This document shows, piece after piece, positions 56,636-64,000 of a stretch of 64,000 nt of DNA (position 1 is its first letter; every line of letters starts with the position of its first letter). Under the pieces are notes generated by a model. That model was not told where the DNA came from. It saw only the letters and a program-made list of their open reading frames with translations, and made no database searches. Source of the DNA: Dehalococcoidia bacterium (GTDB lineage: Bacteria; Chloroflexota; Dehalococcoidia; Plut-88900). Made by a program: the position numbers and the translations under genes. The stretch lies in NCBI GenBank assembly GCA_965197645.1, contig OZ240219.1, forward strand, positions 160,001 through 224,000, in the 5' to 3' direction.

Positions 56636-57244
56636 CTAAGTGAAATAGGCCAGACCGGTCATCACCCCACCGGCTGCCAGGGGAACGGTCAGGTTGTCGT
56701 CGGGAGGCAGGGCAACCAACTCGATCAGCGCACCGACTGCCGCTCCCAGCAGCACTGCCGAGAAGGGGATGTCGGCACCGCCCCCCACCACCAGGCCACC
56801 AACCACCAGAGAGGCCACCATGAACCCGAGGGTCCCCTCCAGGGACTTCCTACCTATCTTGATCCTCCCCAGCCTCTCACCGATCACGGCTGCGAAGGGG
56901 TCGCCGACGGCCAGGAAAAGAAGGGCCAGAATCGCCACGTACTTATCGAAGGCCAGAAACGCCACCAGGGTGGAGGCCAGGAGGTAGGTGCTGCCAAGCC
57001 ACCGGCCGCGTTCCTCCCGTTTCAACAGCACCGAGAAGTGAGCTAAGAACCAATCGTTGAGAGCGGCACTGCGACTTCTGGCCAGCTCCAGCACAACCGC
57101 AACCGTGACGCCCAGGGCGGCTACCGAAACAACCAGCCAGACCGGGACTATCAACGCTCCCAGGGGCAGGACTGAGGCGGACACCAGGTGGAAGACCCGG
57201 CGCTCCAGCCTCGCGACCGGGCGCCTATCGGTCTTCTTCAGCAC
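56636..57244 (-). CDS. Polyprenol/phytol/diacylglycerol kinase family (CTP-dependent) membrane protein
   Basis: RRVFH, GDPFAAVIG, KSLEG, DDNLTVP. Confidence 0.88.
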   Translation of the reverse strand: MLKKTDRRPVARLERRVFHLVSASVLPLGALIVPVWLVVSVAALGVTVAVVLELARSRSAALNDWFLAHFSVLLKREERGRWLGSTYLLASTLVAFLAFDKYVAILALLFLAVGDPFAAVIGERLGRIKIGRKSLEGTLGFMVASLVVGGLVVGGGADIPFSAVLLGAAVGALIELVALPPDDNLTVPLAAGGVMTGLAYFT

Positions 57245-57274
57245 GCAAGCCTGCTTGACGGATGGACCGGAGGG

Positions 57275-57673
57275 TCATGAGGAGCGGGAGGAGCCGTTCT
57301 CTCTTTTCCCGTCGTAGTCAGCCAGGGCGCTTTTCACGGCGTCGGCGGCTAGGACGCTGCAGTGGAGCTTTCCGGAAGGCAGCCCGTCGATAGCGTCGGC
57401 CAGGTCTCTTCGGGTGATCTGTCCGGCCTGCACTATGCTGGCGCCGGTGAGCAGCTCGGTTGCGACGCTGCTGGTAGCGATGGCGGCACTGCACCCCTTG
57501 GTCTGGAACCTGACGGCGGTTATAACATCATCGTCTATTTTGAGATAGAGGGTGGTTGTATCGCCACAGGCGTCGTTGCGCTCCCGGCCTATCGCATCGG
57601 CGTCTTCGATCACGCCGACGTTACGAGGATTGGTGAAGTGGTCTATCAGCTTCTCGCTATAGCCTCTAGGCAT
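57275..57673 (-). CDS. iscU: IscU/NifU-type Fe-S scaffold
   Basis: DHFTNPRN, CGD, GC, KLHC. Confidence 0.92.
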   Translation of the reverse strand: MPRGYSEKLIDHFTNPRNVGVIEDADAIGRERNDACGDTTTLYLKIDDDVITAVRFQTKGCSAAIATSSVATELLTGASIVQAGQITRRDLADAIDGLPSGKLHCSVLAADAVKSALADYDGKRENGSSRSS

Positions 57674-57685
57674 GGCAACTCCGAC

Positions 57686-58873
57686 TCAGCTAGCTGCTTG
57701 GGCCACTCCGGATACAGCCCGCAGGCGTTGGACAAGTCCGGGAAGAACGTCGAGCACCTTATCGATATCTTCGTTGTCGTTGCTGCGGCCCACGGTGAGA
57801 CGCAGGCTCCCGACGGCTTGCTCGGCCGGTACGCCCATGGCGCTGAGCACGTGGGACGGCTCCACCGAACCGGAGGTGCAGGCGCTGCCGCTGGAGGCGG
57901 CGATCCCTTCCAGGTCGAGGCCCAGCAGGACAGATTCGCCCTCCACCCCGTCGAAGCAGAAGTTGACGTTGTTGGGCAGCCGCTCCACCGGGTGGCCGTT
58001 CAGGTGGGCGCTGCCGATCAGCCGGGGAATGCCTTCAATCAAACGGTCCCTGAGCCTACGGCAATGTTGGTTGTAGGAGTCCCGCTCCTCTTCCGCCAGC
58101 CGCAGGGCCTCGGCGCATCCAACCACCAGGGGTATGTTCTCGGTGCCAGCCCGACGGTTCCGCTCCTGGCTGCCGCCGTGCTGCTGGGGCATGAAGGGCG
58201 TCCCTTTCCTAAGGTACAGGACGCCGACACCCTTGGGTCCGTAGAACTTGTGGGCGCCCAGCGTCAACATGTCTACGCCGAGCCGGCCCACGTTCAGGTC
58301 CAGCACACCGCCAGCCTGGGTTGCATCGGTGTGGACTATGATGTCTCGCTTGAGGCCCCGAGCCCGGTCTTTGACCGCCGCAGCCAGCTCCGGCATGGGC
58401 TGGATGGTGCCGACCTCGTTGTTCGCCAGGATGATGGAGACCAGAACCGTCCTTTCCGTGATCGCCGATGCCAGGTCATCCGGGTCGACGGCGCCGTACC
58501 GGTCGACGGGTAGGTGGGTGATCTCGTATCCCAGGTCCTCCATGAACTCGCAGGCGTGGAGCACGGCGTGGTGCTCGACGCTGGTGGTGATAATGTGGTT
58601 GCCGCTCTGTCGAAGGGCCAACGCGCCGCCCTTGATGGCGGTATTGTCCGACTCGGTAGCGCCGCCGGTGAAAATGATCTCGGTCGGCTGGCACCCCAAC
58701 GCCTCGGCCACCGTGTCCCGGGCGTCCTCCAGGCCTTGCTGGCTTCGCTGGGACAGGGAATAAACGCCGGACGGGTTGCCGAAGTTGTCAGTGAAGTAGG
58801 GCACCATCGCATCGACTACCCGGGGGTCGACCGGAGTCGTGGCTGCGTGGTCCAGGTAGATTACGTCTTTCAT
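57686..58873 (-). CDS. iscS: Cysteine desulfurase IscS/NifS
   Basis: [25 protein letters not shown]. Confidence 0.95.
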   Translation of the reverse strand: MKDVIYLDHAATTPVDPRVVDAMVPYFTDNFGNPSGVYSLSQRSQQGLEDARDTVAEALGCQPTEIIFTGGATESDNTAIKGGALALRQSGNHIITTSVEHHAVLHACEFMEDLGYEITHLPVDRYGAVDPDDLASAITERTVLVSIILANNEVGTIQPMPELAAAVKDRARGLKRDIIVHTDATQAGGVLDLNVGRLGVDMLTLGAHKFYGPKGVGVLYLRKGTPFMPQQHGGSQERNRRAGTENIPLVVGCAEALRLAEEERDSYNQHCRRLRDRLIEGIPRLIGSAHLNGHPVERLPNNVNFCFDGVEGESVLLGLDLEGIAASSGSACTSGSVEPSHVLSAMGVPAEQAVGSLRLTVGRSNDNEDIDKVLDVLPGLVQRLRAVSGVAQAAS

Positions 58874-59817
58874 CGGCCCCGAGCGAGTCCCATAAGAGTT
58901 TCCCGTTTTAACACGCCCACCAACAATCCGTTACGCATTACCATCACCTCTCGAGCGCCCTTTTCGTCCATCTCCTCGACTACCCGGTTGAGGTTCTCAG
59001 TATAGTCGACCGTCAATCCCCCGGCGACGGGCTGAGTGGCCAGGGGAAGAGGCGTCATTAGGTCTGCCAGATCGCGTCCGCGAAGAGCCTCTTTGAGCAT
59101 GGTCTGCCGGGCGTTGGTCATGGCGGCCGCATTCAGGAACAGGCCGATGAACATCAGCCACACCCCGCTCACCCACTCACCCTCCCATATTGATAGGTAC
59201 ACACCCCCGGCGATCATCAGATAGGCGATGCCCCGCCCCACCCAGGCCGATATTATAGTGGCCTTCCGGTAGTTGCTGGTGATGGTCCAGACCACCGATC
59301 GGAAGACACGGCCGCCATCCAGGGGGAACCCCGGTAGCATGTTGAAGACCGCTAGCGATACGTTGATCACGGCCAGCCAGCCCGCTACGGCGCCCACCCA
59401 TTCATTCAGCGGGTCGACGAAATAGTAGACCAGGTAGAAGGCGCCGGCGAGAACCAGGCTGCTGAGTGGACCGGCCAGTGCAATTACCGCCTCCACTCGT
59501 GGGCGTTCGGCCTCTTTGGCGATCTGCGCCACGCCACCGAAGATGAACAGGGTGATGCTCTTCACAGGAATCTTATGTCGCAGGGCCACCAGCGCGTGGG
59601 AGAGCTCGTGGAGCACCACCGAAGCAAAGAACAACAGGGTAGTAACGGCGGCAACCAGCCAGTATTCGAACGTGGACCAACGAGGATGGGTGGACGGGAA
59701 CTGGTTCATAGCCAGGATGGTGATGACCAGCCCGAATATGACCAGCCAGGTGTAGTTGATCCTGAAGGGGATTCCGAACATTCTGAATAGGGTGATAGAG
59801 CTTGCCATGACCATCAT
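58870..59817 (-). CDS. Site-2 protease (M50) with shortened CBS tail
   Basis: [20 protein letters not shown]. Confidence 0.92.
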   Translation of the reverse strand: MMVMASSITLFRMFGIPFRINYTWLVIFGLVITILAMNQFPSTHPRWSTFEYWLVAAVTTLLFFASVVLHELSHALVALRHKIPVKSITLFIFGGVAQIAKEAERPRVEAVIALAGPLSSLVLAGAFYLVYYFVDPLNEWVGAVAGWLAVINVSLAVFNMLPGFPLDGGRVFRSVVWTITSNYRKATIISAWVGRGIAYLMIAGGVYLSIWEGEWVSGVWLMFIGLFLNAAAMTNARQTMLKEALRGRDLADLMTPLPLATQPVAGGLTVDYTENLNRVVEEMDEKGAREVMVMRNGLLVGVLKRETLMGLARGR

Positions 59818-59932
59818 CGTGATACGGCGTTGGTAAACATATTATAGCCCAAGCGGTCGAATGCGGTTGTGCTATACTTCCGCCAATTGGCGGAGTATAC
59901 GGACTAGGGGCCGGGTATCGGGACCGAGGGCT

Positions 59933-61162
59933 ATGAAATCAGAGATCGTCTCCATAGGCACCGAGATACTCCTGGGTGAGATAACCGATACCAACGCCCC
60001 CTTCATCGCCTCTCAGTTGCCCTTCCTGGGCATTGACCTGTACTGGATACACCAGGTAGGCGACAACCAGAACCGGCTGGCCGAGGTGCTGGCCCAGGGG
60101 CTGTCTCGGTCCGATATCATCATCACCACCGGAGGCCTCGGACCCACCCAGGACGATGTGACACGGGAAGCCATCGCCCAGCTCATGGGTGAGGAGATGA
60201 AGCTGGACCCCGATCTGGAGAAGCAGTTGAGGGCCATGTTCTCCGAGCGGTCCTACACGATGCCGGAGACCAACCTCAAGCAGGCCTGCCTCATCGAGTC
60301 CAGCAAGCCCATCCCCAACCCTCGAGGCACCGCCCCCGGATGGTGGGTCGAGCGGACCGGCAAGATGATCATAGCCATGCCCGGCCCGCCCAGCGAGATG
60401 CAGCGGATGTGGAACAAGGAGGTGGAGCCCAAGCTGAAGACGATGGTCAGCCAAGGGGTGATTTCCTCCCGGACGATCAAGACCTTCGGCATTGGCGAAG
60501 GCAGCGTCGACGAGATGGTATCGTCCCTCCTGTCTTCCACCAACCCGACCATAGGGGTCTACGCCAAGATCGACGGCATACATATCCGCGTCACCTCCAA
60601 GGCCGATAACGAGGAGGAGGCCGAGAGCCTGCTCAAAGGGATGGAAGACAAGGTCCTGGATATCATGGGCGACAGCGTTTGGGGAGCGGACGAGGACACG
60701 CTGGAGACCAACGTGGGGAAACTGCTGCTCGATAAGGGCAAGACGGTGGCCGCAATGGAATCGTGCACCGGCGGACTGGTAGCCAGCACCATCACCGACG
60801 TCCCAGGCAGCTCCGACTATTTCAAGGGCGGGGTAGTTGCCTACACCAACGAGATCAAAATGGCCAACGGAGTCGACCGGGAGATAATCGACGCCCACGG
60901 GGCCATCAGCGCCCCGACAGCCGAGGCCATGGCCATATCTTGCCGGGAACGGTTCGGGGCCGATTACGGGGTCAGCGTAACCGGAGCAGCAGGCCCCGAC
61001 CCCAGCGAAGGCCACCCTCCCGGCACGATGTACGTGGGCATATCCAGCGCTGAGAAGACCGAGACGTTCAGCCCAGAGGTCTATGGCAACCGGCCTCTGA
61101 TGAAACAGCGAGCGGCGATAGCGGTCCTGTTCCAGCTTCAACGGCTGCTCCAGGCACAGTAA
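59933..61162 (+). CDS. cinA: Competence/damage-inducible protein A (NMN deamidase)
   Basis: GGLGPTQDD, GTAPG, PGPPSEM, ESCTGG, TGAAGP. Confidence 0.95.
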   Translation: MKSEIVSIGTEILLGEITDTNAPFIASQLPFLGIDLYWIHQVGDNQNRLAEVLAQGLSRSDIIITTGGLGPTQDDVTREAIAQLMGEEMKLDPDLEKQLRAMFSERSYTMPETNLKQACLIESSKPIPNPRGTAPGWWVERTGKMIIAMPGPPSEMQRMWNKEVEPKLKTMVSQGVISSRTIKTFGIGEGSVDEMVSSLLSSTNPTIGVYAKIDGIHIRVTSKADNEEEAESLLKGMEDKVLDIMGDSVWGADEDTLETNVGKLLLDKGKTVAAMESCTGGLVASTITDVPGSSDYFKGGVVAYTNEIKMANGVDREIIDAHGAISAPTAEAMAISCRERFGADYGVSVTGAAGPDPSEGHPPGTMYVGISSAEKTETFSPEVYGNRPLMKQRAAIAVLFQLQRLLQAQ

Positions 61163-61238
61163 CCGCCGTCGACCCACGCTCCGGTCGAAGCGAGACTCCG
61201 TAAGACAGGCTACGCCACATCAGTCGAGGGAGGACACC

Positions 61239-62339
61239 ATGCTCACCAAAGCCGCAGTCCTGTACGAATACAACGAGCCCATGGTGATAGAGGAGCTGGA
61301 GCTGGACCCACCGAAACGCAACGAGGTCCGGGTGGATATCGGTTCTGCGGGCATATGTCGTAGCGACTACCACTTCATGAAAGGCGAAGCCCAAGCTCCC
61401 TTGCCCATAGTCCTGGGCCACGAAGGCTCCGGCACCATCGACAAGGTGGGCGAAGGGGTGACATCGGTCAAAGAGGGAGACAAGGTGGCCCTCTCCTTCG
61501 TTTCCAACTGCGGCAGGTGCGAGTTCTGCGCCAAGGGCCATCCCAGCCTGTGCCTAGAGAGAGCCGCCCACTCGACGACGATGTTCGACGGGACGAACAG
61601 GCTCCGCAAGGGAGACCAGGGCATTCGCCAGTTCGCCCAGCTGGCCTGCTTCGCCGATAAGGCCGTGGTGCCCGAAGCGGCCTGCATTCCCATGCCTGAC
61701 GGCGTTCCCAGCGAGATAGCCGCCCTGATAGGGTGCTCTACCACCACGGGCGTGGGGGCGGTCCTGGTCAAGGCCAACGTGCAACCGGGCGACACCGTCG
61801 CAGTGGTGGGCTGCGGAGGAGTAGGTCTGAACGTCCTGATGGGCGCCCGGCTGGCCCAGGCGAAGCAGATCATCGCCGTGGATACCGACGAGGGGAAGCT
61901 GGAGTTCGCCATGAAGTTCGGTGCCACCCACTCGGTAAATCCGTCCCACCAGGACGCCGTGGCCCAGGTTCAGGAGCTGACGGGAGGACGGGGCGTCGAT
62001 TACTCCTTCGAGGTGTACGGGTCCGGGGAGACGGTGGAAATGGCCTACAGCATGGCCAGGACGGGAGGCACTGCGGTGATCATCGGCATTGCTCCCCTTG
62101 GCGAGGTAGCGCCCATTGATGCCATGACCATAGTGCGGCAGGAAAAGACCCTGACGGGCACCTACTACGGCTCGGTGAGAATGAACCTGGACATGCCGAG
62201 GATCGCAGACCTGTACCTTTCGGGCAAGCTGGACCTGGACGAGCTGGTGACCCGCAGGTACTCGCTGGAGCAGATCAACGAGGCCTATGAGGACCTGGAC
62301 CGGGGTGAGGTGGGCCGAGGTCTCATCACCCAGTTCTAG
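61239..62339 (+). CDS. Zn-dependent alcohol dehydrogenase (class III-like)
   Basis: ICRSD, GHEG, CGRCEFC..C, GCGGVG. Confidence 0.95.
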   Translation: MLTKAAVLYEYNEPMVIEELELDPPKRNEVRVDIGSAGICRSDYHFMKGEAQAPLPIVLGHEGSGTIDKVGEGVTSVKEGDKVALSFVSNCGRCEFCAKGHPSLCLERAAHSTTMFDGTNRLRKGDQGIRQFAQLACFADKAVVPEAACIPMPDGVPSEIAALIGCSTTTGVGAVLVKANVQPGDTVAVVGCGGVGLNVLMGARLAQAKQIIAVDTDEGKLEFAMKFGATHSVNPSHQDAVAQVQELTGGRGVDYSFEVYGSGETVEMAYSMARTGGTAVIIGIAPLGEVAPIDAMTIVRQEKTLTGTYYGSVRMNLDMPRIADLYLSGKLDLDELVTRRYSLEQINEAYEDLDRGEVGRGLITQF

Positions 62340-62352
62340 GAGTGGCGCTCGC

Positions 62353-62680
62353 CGGGCTGCTGACAACAGGGTGTGCAGATGGGCGCAGCCCCCCTTTGGG
62401 GGGAGTCTGAGGGAGTCCAGAGGGACACTTCCCTCTGGTAGGGGGCATGGGGGATGTTCCCCCAACCACAAAAACCTCTGAGGGCGGGCCGTTGGGGAAA
62501 ACACCTCTATCATTTTGAGACTGGCTCCTCGGCCAGCCGGCGGGGCGTGCAGAGGAGCGCAGACCCTTTGCCGGGAGTATGAGAGCCTGCCGAAGGGGTG
62601 TCCCTCAGATATAAAATCCCTCCTCTTCCTGGATAAGAAAGAGGCGGAAAGAAGGTCTCGAAGGATTCTTTCGCTGCCTG
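62353..62680. mobile_element. Composite/nested MITE locus (family A + family B + family A)
   Basis: A-type left end and core at 62353-62410; B copy 62406-62527 ending in TIR ATTTTGAGACTGGCTC; second A core ending TTCTTTCGCTGCCTG|CTAA. Confidence 0.7.
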
Positions 62681-62708
62681 CTAAAAGGGAGACGAACGGG
62701 CGGTGCCG

Positions 62709-64000
62709 CTAGACGGTCAGGCGGCGGTAGAGGTAGGGGAGGCGGCGGGGCAGCGACTCTATCTCGGCCAGGACCTCATAGCCCATGTCCTGGCACATCG
62801 CCTTCAGGTAGTCGTGACCTCCCCTATCGACCGTGAGGCAGAAGGGGACGATGTCCTTGCGGCGAGCCTCCTGGAAGGCCTTCTTGGTGTCGTGGACAGC
62901 GTACTCCTTCTCGACACCCTCCCGGCTGTAGCCCCTATCCTGGGGTCTCCCATCGCTGAGCAGGAACAGCACCTTGGTGCGGGCCTCCTGCTTCTCCAGC
63001 TTGGAGATGGCGTGCCGTATCGCCGGGCCCATCCGTGTGGCGTGGAGCGGGTTGATCTTGTCGATGCGGCGCTTCACCTTCTCGCTGAACACCTCGTCGA
63101 TGTCCTTGATGGTGTAGAACTCCACGTTTTCCCGCCCGTAGCCGGAGAAGCCGTATATCCCGTAGAAATCGCCTATGGTCTCCAGGGCGCGGATGAGGAG
63201 GACCGCGCTCTCCTTCTCGACGTCTATGATCCGTTTATAGGAGCGCCTGCTGCCCTCTTCTCTACGTGCCCTGAGCCAGGCCAGGTACTCGCGTGGATCG
63301 TCGGGCGGACTCCAGTCGTCGGCCACACGCTTGGCGTCGTCGATGGCCTCAGCGGTGGAGGCGCTCATATCGAGAAGGAAGACGACAGCCACGTCTCGTT
63401 GGATCTTGTTCCGTCGCCAGTAGATCTTATCTGAAGGCGAGTTCCCGGTCCGCTTCTCCACCATGGCGTCGACCACAGCGTCGTACTCAATGTCATCTCC
63501 GTCGGGGAGCCTCCGCACCTTGCGGAACTGCTCGGGGGCCAGCAGCTCGAACTGCTTCTTGATCTGAGAGAGGAGGATGGCGTACTCCTGGAGGGTCTTG
63601 TCGTAGAAGTCCAGCTCGCCCTCTTCCAGACGCCGCTCCTTGACTATGCACCAGTTGGGCTTGTAGTCGTTGGCCCGGAAGTCCCACTCGTCGTAGAGGA
63701 AGGTGAGGGCGTCGGCGCTGGATAGGGGCCCGCCTTCGGCCGGGGTGGTATCGAAGTCATGGCCCTGGCCGGGCTCCTGCGGCTGCTGCTCCTGGCTGAT
63801 CTGCCCCATCAGGTTGTCGACGAAGAGGCCGGTGGTGTTGGCCACGTCGCCCTCGGAGGCCTGATCGATCTCGATCTCCACGCTCTTCTCCAGTAGCTCC
63901 TGAAGAGCCTCGGGTGAGATCGGTTCCATCTGGGCATCGGCCTGACCCTGCTGAGCGTCTCTCATTTTGGCCAGCAGCTGGACCAACTCCGGTTTGAATT
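62709..64000 (-). CDS. NorD/CbbO-like vWA protein, C-terminal part (5' end outside the window)
   Basis: YDEWDF...DY.P.WC, DGDDI, MIDAS DMSAS, TRMG, SDGRP. Confidence 0.9.
   Translation of the reverse strand, partial: FKPELVQLLAKMRDAQQGQADAQMEPISPEALQELLEKSVEIEIDQASEGDVANTTGLFVDNLMGQISQEQQPQEPGQGHDFDTTPAEGGPLSSADALTFLYDEWDFRANDYKPNWCIVKERRLEEGELDFYDKTLQEYAILLSQIKKQFELLAPEQFRKVRRLPDGDDIEYDAVVDAMVEKRTGNSPSDKIYWRRNKIQRDVAVVFLLDMSASTAEAIDDAKRVADDWSPPDDPREYLAWLRARREEGSRRSYKRIIDVEKESAVLLIRALETIGDFYGIYGFSGYGRENVEFYTIKDIDEVFSEKVKRRIDKINPLHATRMGPAIRHAISKLEKQEARTKVLFLLSDGRPQDRGYSREGVEKEYAVHDTKKAFQEARRKDIVPFCLTVDRGGHDYLKAMCQDMGYEVLAEIESLPRRLPYLYRRLTV

Overview
GC-rich bacterial chromosome segment, most consistent with Chloroflexota/Dehalococcoidia (SAR202-like). 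That assignment is inferred from paralog expansions (luciferase-like monooxygenases, Amidohydro_2 enzymes, SDRs, class III aminotransferases, MFS) and the tyrA-aroA-remA-gmk gene order. The left two-thirds is mostly accessory catabolic genes, including six amidohydrolases, a tandem SDR duplication and a Rieske oxygenase; the right third is mostly housekeeping. Elements missing from the ORF track: a HigB-type toxin at the left edge, two tRNA-Thr genes differing only at the wobble base, tRNA-Sec, and several non-autonomous repeat families. Also found: a 5'-truncated group II intron (HNH maturase tail, intact DV/DVI) inserted in a decayed TPR gene. That intron carries an inverted-repeat-bounded cargo segment with a small membrane-protein gene. 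A lower-GC orphan ORF has an RxxxxH (HEPN-like) motif. No CRISPR array, rRNA, integrase or transposase was seen. All calls come from motif recognition by eye; no database searches were run.
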